Assembly (NCBI GenBank): GCA_049472315.1
Contig: JBLIRN010000026.1
Coordinates: 1-42,523 of the forward strand
Direction of reading: 5' to 3'
Origin: a bacterium
GTDB taxonomy: Bacteria > SZUA-182 > DTGQ01 > JAFGSM01
DNA: 42,523 nucleotides
A program made the translations under genes and the position numbers. This document shows, in pieces, positions 9,801-16,038 of this stretch. Numbering within the stretch: position 1 is the first letter of the stretch; every line of letters begins with the position of its first letter. The notes under the pieces are model-generated. The model searched no databases. It was not told the DNA's origin and was given only the letters and a program-made list of their open reading frames with translations.

Positions 9801-9847
9801 AGGGCGGTGAATATGATATAGTTCCAGGAAATTCTCTCTTCTTCCAC
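6827..9847 (-). CDS. Heavy-metal P1B-type ATPase fused to a C-terminal HflK domain (1006 aa, GTG start)
   Basis: aa ~1-615: PGERIPVDG, SGES, IIACPCAL, DKTGT, SEHLLA, MLTGD, GDGINDAP, KQN, HQISS. aa ~650-1006: TM, PGLHYIPPWP, TGDENF, HPPIEVADAFRDV, LPLARG.A, ERLYLETME. No stop codon between the halves. Confidence 0.92.
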   Translation of the reverse strand: MEEERISWNYIIFTALIGIFLLLNLFGIFRTLFGVNTAIFLTLIGGYKIFYHAVSELFEKRISVDLAIGIAAIGALAIRQYLAAAEVIFIMLIGEALEMYAVDKTRSAIKNLVALAPKRARVRRDGIELELPLEAIRVGETVICKPGERIPVDGVVIHGSSFVDQGPISGESIPVEKQVGSEVYSGTINQHGIMEIRSEKVGEDTLLARIIHLVEDAQEKKAPFQKTADRYAVYFVPTILILAALTLLFSRDWIRAVSVLIIACPCALVLATPTAVVAGIGRLAKEGILVKGGMYLEAVGRIDTLVLDKTGTVTQGRPRIIDIKPQGGYDRKGVLALAASAESCSEHLLARLIVEKAKEEGIEVKRADTAQVIPGRGVVVGLGRNKVVVGNRKMVEEHGITLSVDQIEELERIDASGQTPILVADNRKLAGIVSIEDSVRPDAEEAIGSLTGLGVKNIHMLTGDTPRVAHVIAERVGIREVQAGLLPDQKAEHIRRLQSEGRKVGMVGDGINDAPSLAMADVGIAMGGIGTDIAIEAADVILMADDLGKLRETVLIGKRTIRVIKQNILFFAVVFNLLAVVAASFFTFITPVWAAVIHQISSLLVVGNSLRLLASHRIRQEMRENVVSFLRYLSREVWGKGGDWIGEHSTGLLRSVVILGVLIYVWSGLFIVSPNQLGVVQIFGKRRARTVSPGLHYIPPWPIGRVTKLPRSVDRVEIGFRSRSVREAQADPNRIFQPLVAYEWDIQHRTGAYKDNPDESQTFTGDENFIELDMVVHYIIRDPALYLFRIRGREDADSIIRFTSKSTIIRIIAKKGIDNILTTERNAIEKEAMEGLQTVLDDYGAGIEVKGIYLQSVHPPIEVADAFRDVVNANEEKNRLINLAEAYSREQLPLARGNAFTSMEDARAYRKELVDKSIGDGKRFLSSAGEFERYPSVTKERLYLETMESGLAGVKKFVLDKNRTGGSELTIVSPKEFTEFLNTLSTGLRNNTGTAPRGGGMGGGNQ

Positions 9848-9864
9848 GGGTCCTCGAATCGTTT

Positions 9865-10380
9865 CTATTTGAGATCTAAGGTATAGTAATCGCCGGAGCC
9901 GTCGAGCAGCACGATATAGTCACGCTTTATCTTCAACACCTTGAAACCGAAAATGCTGTCCCCTTCCCGTACACCGTTATCGTTGATCAGCGCCATATAC
10001 TGATTATCAAAAAAAACAATCCCGGTCAATTGAATATTCAAAAGCCGGCCTTCCGAGGTGCGCACCCCTCCCTGGGAGGGGGCGGTGACCCCGGCGGACC
10101 TGGTCTTTATGGAATCGAGGCTGAAAAGGTCCCTTCCCCAAGGGGCGGTCAGAAGTCTTGCCTGGACCGCATACGAGGAATTCATTCCCTGGTCGGTCTG
10201 CCCGGATCCACTCTCCCCACCGGGAGAAGGGGTGGTGAGACCTGCCTTATCACCGGCCCGGGAAGCGGGGTCTGATCGATGTATGCTGCGCATCCTCAGG
10301 CCGATGAGCATGAGGATGCCTATTATCAGGACCAGACCGACAAGCACGGGAAGGAGCCATTTCTTAGGGGGATTCATCAC
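9865..10380 (-). CDS. GspB/MshK/PilP-like pilus or secretion accessory protein
   Basis: N-terminal TM, low-complexity linker, WGRDLF, C-terminal LTGIVF..MALIND..VREGDSI.GFKVLKI..DYIVL; context downstream of PilN/PilO-like genes. Confidence 0.6.
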   Translation of the reverse strand: MMNPPKKWLLPVLVGLVLIIGILMLIGLRMRSIHRSDPASRAGDKAGLTTPSPGGESGSGQTDQGMNSSYAVQARLLTAPWGRDLFSLDSIKTRSAGVTAPSQGGVRTSEGRLLNIQLTGIVFFDNQYMALINDNGVREGDSIFGFKVLKIKRDYIVLLDGSGDYYTLDLK

Positions 10381-10957
10381 TCTTCTCCTTCCGACAAAAG
10401 AGCTCCGTCTTTACCCTGGCAAGCACGGAATAGCCACGTGCCAATGATCTTTCCAGGGTGACACTCCGCACATGACAGAAGTGCCGTTCCTCTTCGTCCA
10501 TATACTGCAGGAATTTCCCCACCGAAACAAATTCACCCTTAAGGGTGAACGATAGGTGCACGGGAGCGATGAGGGCCTCGGCCGGATAATCGGCCGAAAG
10601 GGAAGGTGAGGTCAGCACCTCTTCCACGGTCAGATTATACCTCCTTGCCCTCTGCTTAACATGGCGGACAAATTCAGGCAGATCGCGAACCAGGGGAAGG
10701 TTTGACCGAAAGGGCTCCAGAGGGGCCATCGATGCGCTGAAGCGCTCCTGTATCATTCGGTGGTGCTGCACCTGTTCCCTTCTTTGGCGGATATCCTCTT
10801 CCAGTGCCGCAATATCGGGCTCAAGCGCATTCCTCTTTTTGGCATAGGGGACGTATATACATATCCCCCACCATGCAGCATACAGAAGGACCACCACGCA
10901 TACGACAAGGGGTATTCCTATATATTTCAATCGGTTGTATGCGTTTACCCGTGTCAT
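10364..10957 (-). CDS. PilO/MshJ-like protein
   Basis: TM, coiled coil, LP..RDLPEFV..V...A..YNL, PVHLSFTLKGEFVSVGKFLQYM (PilO ferredoxin-like pattern). Confidence 0.7.
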   Translation of the reverse strand: MTRVNAYNRLKYIGIPLVVCVVVLLYAAWWGICIYVPYAKKRNALEPDIAALEEDIRQRREQVQHHRMIQERFSASMAPLEPFRSNLPLVRDLPEFVRHVKQRARRYNLTVEEVLTSPSLSADYPAEALIAPVHLSFTLKGEFVSVGKFLQYMDEEERHFCHVRSVTLERSLARGYSVLARVKTELFCRKEKSDESP

Positions 10958-11622
10958 TCCAGAGAAAAATCAAGCTGAAAATCGATGGTACGATAGTTAA
11001 AAAGGATCGAGCGGTCCTGATAGCCGATCCTCGTCTGAGCAAAAAGCGGGGATGCCTCGATGGCCTTGATCACTGGGGTTACATCGGCGTTCCGGTACGA
11101 GGGTGTATCATTGACCAGGGTTGCCTCAACGGTCAGGGAGGCCCTGTGGGAGGCAAGCTCATACGAGGGAATAAAGATATGCACACGGTTCAAAAAACAA
11201 TTCTTGGGAAGGATGTGCGAGATCTCCTTGAGAAGACTCGATACATAGGGCCTGGGCCCCATAAGGAACTCCCGGAAGGAGTCGATCCGTTCGACAAGTT
11301 CCGCCCTTTGTTCCCACAGGGAAACCGGTTCCGGGGGGGCCTCGATCTGCTGCCGCATGGCGGCCAGTTTGCCCCTGACGGCCTCGAGATTTTTGATCTG
11401 TCCGGCAAGAAACGAGACACTCAAAAAGGTAAAGCAGACTATGAGAAGCACCAGAAGCGCGATCGCCATCCTCCACCATCTGCCCAGACCGGCGTGGCGG
11501 GCAGGCCCGGCTGTAGCGGCATCTTCATGGACGGAATCCCGTTCCGAAGGAATGGAGTAGGCCTCCCCCCTGATGACCTTGATCAACTGGTTTGTCGCAT
11601 TCAAGTCCCTATCGGTTTTCAT
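10954..11622 (-). CDS. PilN/MshI-like protein
   Basis: Start moved to ATG 11622 (GGGGGAGGG RBS). TM, coiled coil, LLKEISHILPKNCFL and IEASPLF..., typical of PilN; 4-bp overlap with the PilO-like gene. Confidence 0.65.
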   Translation of the reverse strand: MKTDRDLNATNQLIKVIRGEAYSIPSERDSVHEDAATAGPARHAGLGRWWRMAIALLVLLIVCFTFLSVSFLAGQIKNLEAVRGKLAAMRQQIEAPPEPVSLWEQRAELVERIDSFREFLMGPRPYVSSLLKEISHILPKNCFLNRVHIFIPSYELASHRASLTVEATLVNDTPSYRNADVTPVIKAIEASPLFAQTRIGYQDRSILFNYRTIDFQLDFSLE

Positions 11623-13096
11623 GAACACCCTCCCCCGTGTAGAAGGGGAACTCCTGTCTGGGAGAGAATGAGGGAGCAAGGAGCTCGGCGCCGGAATCGG
11701 AGAACCTGGGGAAAAGGATCCGTTCGCCGACCTCTATATGGTCAAGATCAGGGATGTGCGGATTCATGCCTCGGATCTTTTCGAAAAGTGATCGATCCAT
11801 AGGGCTCCTGTATATCCTCCTGGCCAGTTTTAATATTGTGTCCCCCTGGGAGACGATCATGGGGATAACCTCGCTGTCATCCTCGCGGCGATCCTCCTCA
11901 GGTCCCTGGAGTTCATTCATGATCCCGCCCGCCGGTCCGGGGTAAGAAGGCACTGAGATCCCGGATCCGGCAAGAGGTGCATCATTGCCCACCCCTGCTT
12001 CGCCGAGTTCTGCAGGCATAACAGGTGCATCATGCGTGATGGACGCAACCGGCTCCTCTATCGCGTCCTCCCTGTTTATCCAATTCATGTGCTTGGTCCC
12101 CCAGAGCAGGGTTACAAAGAGAAGAAATATGAGCGATGCCGAAAGAACGGGATTGAAGAGGCGCCGAACAGGAAGGGCGCGCAGACTCCTCCACAGACTG
12201 AACCGCTTGCGGGGCTTCTGTGACGCAATCCTCTGGGAGGGCATGGATGCCCCCTCAGCCCCGGCCCCCTCCTCGTATTCGTACAACTGGGATACGGCGA
12301 GTTCCACGATGTCGGGCTCCACAATATCGGCCTTTCGGATGAGCATCAGCAGGAGGGAATGATGGCACAGGGTAATGATTCTCCGGGGATATCCCTCGCT
12401 GTAATGATAGATGCGATCGATGCCCTTTTGGGAAAACAGGGGACGGCTCTTCGTCCACCCTGCCTTGCGGAGCCGGAACTGGATCATATCCTGAGTCTCG
12501 TTTCTATCCAGCGGCCTGATGGTATGAAAGGTGTTGATCCTGTCGGTGAGATTTCGCTTGTCTCGTATCTTCTCGTGGAACTCCTTTTGCGCCATAATGA
12601 TCAACTGAAGAAGCTTGTACTGGTTGGTCTCGAAGTTGAGCAGGTCCCTCAGCAATTCCAGGCACACGTCATTCAGCTTCTGCCCTTCGTCAACAATGAG
12701 GACGATCACCCTCCCCTTCTGGACACCCTCGTCCAGCAGAAACTGACGTATTGCCTCCTTGTAGGCGAATGAGGAATTGACGGCCGGACGGCTTATGCCG
12801 AACCCCATGATAAGGGCGTGCAGGAAATCATACTCCGATTTAAAGGAGGGGTCCAGGATGAGATGAAACAAAAAGCGATCCACTTCGACTTGAAACTGCT
12901 GGATCAACGCCCTGCTCAGGGTTGTTTTTCCCGTTCCGATATCCCCCACCACCAGATTCAATCCCCTCCTCAACCGGATGGAGATTTCGAGGTTCTGCAG
13001 GCAATCCAGATATGTTTTGGAAAGAAAAAAGAAGGAGGGATCGGGGGAATTGGAAAACGGTTCAGACTGGAGGTTTAAAAGTTTTATATAGTCCAT
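11609..13096 (-). CDS. ExeA/GspA (MshM-like) AAA ATPase with TM helix and C-terminal LysM domain
   Basis: L..EPFSNSPDPSFFF, Walker A GDIGTGKTT, LIVDEGQ, LRDLLNFET, S.GYPR.I..LC. LysM VSQGDTILKLA..IY...NPHIPDLDHIEVGERI.FP. Confidence 0.88.
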   Translation of the reverse strand: MDYIKLLNLQSEPFSNSPDPSFFFLSKTYLDCLQNLEISIRLRRGLNLVVGDIGTGKTTLSRALIQQFQVEVDRFLFHLILDPSFKSEYDFLHALIMGFGISRPAVNSSFAYKEAIRQFLLDEGVQKGRVIVLIVDEGQKLNDVCLELLRDLLNFETNQYKLLQLIIMAQKEFHEKIRDKRNLTDRINTFHTIRPLDRNETQDMIQFRLRKAGWTKSRPLFSQKGIDRIYHYSEGYPRRIITLCHHSLLLMLIRKADIVEPDIVELAVSQLYEYEEGAGAEGASMPSQRIASQKPRKRFSLWRSLRALPVRRLFNPVLSASLIFLLFVTLLWGTKHMNWINREDAIEEPVASITHDAPVMPAELGEAGVGNDAPLAGSGISVPSYPGPAGGIMNELQGPEEDRREDDSEVIPMIVSQGDTILKLARRIYRSPMDRSLFEKIRGMNPHIPDLDHIEVGERILFPRFSDSGAELLAPSFSPRQEFPFYTGEGVHENR

Positions 13097-13138
13097 GATA
13101 CGTCAGTAATGAAAAATGACCTTCCATAAAACAACGTA

Positions 13139-13167
13139 TTGATAACAAAAATATCCGCCAATGTCAA
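13139..13167 (-). promoter_or_regulatory. Candidate sigma70 promoter for the exeA-hflK operon
   Basis: Minus strand TTGACA (13167-13162), 17-bp spacer, TGtTATCAA(T), about 45 bp upstream of the ATG. Confidence 0.5.
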
Positions 13168-13194
13168 CACAGGGCAGAATGCTCATCCGATTAT

Positions 13195-13225
13195 AAAAAA
13201 GGGGCGCCAGCATACACTGGCACCC
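13195..13225 (-). terminator. Rho-independent terminator after the small membrane protein gene
   Basis: Minus strand GGGTGCCAG-tgtatg-CTGGCGCCC-c-TTTTTT: 9-bp stem plus U tract. Confidence 0.7.
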
Positions 13226-13257
13226 ACTCTGATCATGGCGAACAATGCAAACAGAAC

Positions 13258-13554
13258 CTATTTCTTCGATGTCTTTTTGGGCTTTGCTTTTTCACCCTCG
13301 GGCTTCTCTTCTTCACCCTTTTCTTCTACTTTACTCTCTGTCTTATAATCGGAAAAATCCGTTTCCTCCTTGCTCTTGAGGGAATCCCGTAACTCACTTA
13401 TACCTATGAACAATGCAATCGCTCCGCCAAAAATCAAAATGGCAGGGACCGTTGCTGCCAATGCCTTCAAGAAAAATGACCACCAGTATACAAGCCCGAT
13501 CGCCCCTAAACATATCGCAACAATACCACCAAGTGCCGCCCATATGGACGCCAT
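13258..13554 (-). CDS. Small two-TM membrane protein with Glu/Lys-rich tail, function unknown
   Basis: Two hydrophobic helices around a WW motif, charged C-terminus, AAGGGGTG RBS, own promoter and terminator. Confidence 0.8.
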   Translation of the reverse strand: MASIWAALGGIVAICLGAIGLVYWWSFFLKALAATVPAILIFGGAIALFIGISELRDSLKSKEETDFSDYKTESKVEEKGEEEKPEGEKAKPKKTSKK

Positions 13555-13610
13555 AGATGTTCACCCCCTTTCCATGTTCACTCGACAGAAATCCGTTATT
13601 AAGCAGGATT

Positions 13611-13638
13611 ATTTTATACCACATTCATTAAATGTCAA
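13611..13638 (-). promoter_or_regulatory. Candidate sigma70 promoter for the small membrane protein gene
   Basis: Minus strand TTGACA (13638-13633), 16-bp spacer, TAAAAT (13616-13611). Confidence 0.6.
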
Positions 13639-13696
13639 GCCCGTACATTTTGAAAATCGTTATTTTACGCAGAATGAAAATGTGATATTCTGAAAG

Positions 13697-13842
13697 GACA
13701 CGTTTACGTGCGGGAGTTCCGCTCTCGAATCACTCATCCCGAATGCCTGAAAGGCATCCGTCCGGGGGCGAGGTCCCCTGGTGAGGACAGCGGCCAGACG
13801 CGATTCGGATCGTTTGCCCAGGAACACTTCCCACGAGTTCCC
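13697..13842 (+). ncRNA. Candidate structured ncRNA or cis-regulatory leader, family not recognised
   Basis: GC-rich block after a promoter-like TTTACG-16-(TGa)TATTCT. Nested stems: CGTG/CACG, GTTCC/GGAAC, TCGAATC/GATTCGG, CTCATC/GGTGAG; hairpins ATGCCT/AGGCAT and GGGGGC/GTCCCC. Confidence 0.45.
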
Positions 13843-13975
13843 CTAATGATGGAGCATGAAAGGATACTGTAATTGCACGATATCGTAAGGGAAGGGGGAT
13901 GCGTCAACAAAACTTTGTTGGGCGGAGCGAAGCGAAGCTACTACGCTCCTCGTTGCAGCCACAAAAAGGAACGGT

Positions 13976-14602
13976 ATGATCAAGACCCTCATATTCGATC
14001 TTGACGGCACCCTCGTCGATTCAAAGAAGGACATCGCCGATTCGGTAAATCGGACCCTCATCAGCCTTGATCTTCCGCCCAAGGAGTTGGAGGCCATTTA
14101 CCGGCTCATCGGAGAGGGCGTATACCGTTTGATCGCCCAGGCCATGGAAGGACACACTGAAGAGGTGGAAACAGGGGTTGCGATCTTCAAGGCCGACTAT
14201 CGAAGGCACCTGCTGGACACCACGACCTGCTACGGGGGAATCCCTGAACTGCTTGACCGGTTGCGGGGCAGATTCCTTGCCGTGGTCACCAACAAATCGA
14301 GGGAATTCACGATTCCGATTCTGGAGGGACTCGGACTTCTGGATAGATTTGATTGTATCATTGCAGGGGATGACGAGTGGCCCAAGAAACCCGCCCCGGA
14401 TGCCATGTTCGAGGTCATGAAACGATCCTCCTCCAAACAGGAGGGAACCATGACCATCGGGGACAACTACACGGATATCCTCGCCGGTAAAAATGCCGGT
14501 ATTGCCACCTGCTGGGCATCGTACGGCTTCGGGCGCAGGCAGGAACTCATCCCGGACTTCACGATCCGTGAGCCGCTCGAGCTTCTGGAGATTGTGCAAT
14601 GA
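13976..14602 (+). CDS. HAD-superfamily hydrolase (phosphoglycolate phosphatase-like)
   Basis: IFDLDGTLVDS, VVTNK, KKPAP, IGDNYTDILAGKNAG, YGFG. Confidence 0.9.
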   Translation: MIKTLIFDLDGTLVDSKKDIADSVNRTLISLDLPPKELEAIYRLIGEGVYRLIAQAMEGHTEEVETGVAIFKADYRRHLLDTTTCYGGIPELLDRLRGRFLAVVTNKSREFTIPILEGLGLLDRFDCIIAGDDEWPKKPAPDAMFEVMKRSSSKQEGTMTIGDNYTDILAGKNAGIATCWASYGFGRRQELIPDFTIREPLELLEIVQ

Positions 14603-14656
14603 ACGCCCGATGGGAAAGGAGAGCGCCTTCCGGCGCCGGTTTGTGAACCGCAGAGG

Positions 14657-15901
14657 TTGACCATGGATTATGCACGATTGAGGCCGGTTCAATTCTTCCC
14701 TGTTCTGGTCGACGGAAAACGGATGGGCTGCCTGCACGATCCTCAGAGGATCAGCGACAAGCCCCTCCTCATCCCCTGGCACCTCGTTCCCCTCCTTTCC
14801 TGCCTTGACGGCACCCACTCCCTGTTGGACATCCAGGCGGAGTACACCCGCTGCCACGGAGACCTGCTCTTTCGTGACGACCTGATGGCATTTCTTCAGC
14901 AACTGGATCACTACCTCTTTCTCGACTCCGAGAGGTTCCGGGAATTTCAGGAAAGGATACGGCAGGGATTCCTCGATTCTCCCTTCAGGCCCCCCTTCTT
15001 CTCCGGGTTGAGCTATTCCTCGGACCCTGCCGCCCTGCGGGATGAACTGGAGGGGTATTTCCCGCCCCCAAAGGGACCCGGCCTTCCCCCGGCAGGGAAT
15101 CATTCAGGGAAAATAAGCGGTCTCGTCGCCCCCCATATCGATCTTGCATCCGGGGGGCCCTGCTTTGCCCGTGCATACGCCGCCCTGTCCCAATCCTCGC
15201 CGGTGCCCGCCCTATTCATTATCCTGGGGACCTGCCATGCGGGGGTGGAGGGGCTGTTTGCGCTTACGGCGAAATCCTTCCAGACCCCGCTGGGGACGAC
15301 ACCGTGTGACGAGGGATTCATGAAACTTATTGAGGAACACTTTAGAGGAGGGCTCTATTCAGAGGAGTTTCTCCACCGTTCCGAACATACCATCGAGTTC
15401 CAGGTGCTCTTTCTTCAGTTCATATGGGAACGGTTCGGTGCTTCATGGCCGCCGTTGCGCATCTGTCCCATCCTGTGCTCATTTCCCCCCGGCTGTCTGG
15501 CGGAGGCCGGACCCGAACGGGAGGTATACCACTCCTTCATCGAGTCCGTGGCCAAGGCCATCGATGCATATGATAACCCTGTGTGCCTGATTGCAAGCGC
15601 GGATCTTGCCCATCTTGGGCCGAAGTTCGGAGATCCCCGGGCCTTGGATTATCAGGGCAGGGAGCACTGCTTCCGGAAGGACCGTGAACTTCTTGACATA
15701 CTCGCGAAACAGGATCGGAAGGGATTTCAGGATTCCATGCTCAAGGATCACGATGCGCGAAGGATATGCGGATATCCTCCGTTGACGGCCCTCCTGGACC
15801 TTCTTCCCCCCTCCCGGGGAATGCTTCTCGATCATGACCACGCAGCCGTCGACAACCAGGGCTCCATCGTCACCTTTGCCAGCATGGCCTTTTATCAATG
15901 A
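14657..15901 (+). CDS. amrB: AmmeMemoRadiSam system protein B (MEMO1 family) with N-terminal extension
   Basis: G.SYS.DP..L, VAPHID, ILGTCH, FQTPLG, HRSEHTIEFQ, IASADLAHLG..FGD, RICGYPP. Start may be ATG 14663. Confidence 0.85.
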   Translation: MTMDYARLRPVQFFPVLVDGKRMGCLHDPQRISDKPLLIPWHLVPLLSCLDGTHSLLDIQAEYTRCHGDLLFRDDLMAFLQQLDHYLFLDSERFREFQERIRQGFLDSPFRPPFFSGLSYSSDPAALRDELEGYFPPPKGPGLPPAGNHSGKISGLVAPHIDLASGGPCFARAYAALSQSSPVPALFIILGTCHAGVEGLFALTAKSFQTPLGTTPCDEGFMKLIEEHFRGGLYSEEFLHRSEHTIEFQVLFLQFIWERFGASWPPLRICPILCSFPPGCLAEAGPEREVYHSFIESVAKAIDAYDNPVCLIASADLAHLGPKFGDPRALDYQGREHCFRKDRELLDILAKQDRKGFQDSMLKDHDARRICGYPPLTALLDLLPPSRGMLLDHDHAAVDNQGSIVTFASMAFYQ

Positions 15902-16038
15902 GGGATGTTGCAGGACCGCGCTCATGAAGACGCGCATGAAACAGATGAGGCAGAGGGAATAGAAAGGGGTGTCGGGGGCCTCGGCACTCGATCCGCAGCA
16001 ACCACTGCCGGGTTACCGGGAACTATTCGTCATGCCCC

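Noticed and set aside
13258..13554. Magnetosome island
   Set aside because: Only a loose architectural likeness to MamI; no other mam/mad genes in the window.
13776..13790. Hammerhead ribozyme core (CTGGTGAG)
   Set aside because: Deviates from CUGAUGA and lacks a correctly placed GAAA.
13905..13960. REP/attC-like fragments (GCGGAGCGAAGCGAAGC; also GAGCGGCGCGAAGCGC at 2164)
   Set aside because: Too short and degenerate; no complete palindrome or core sites.
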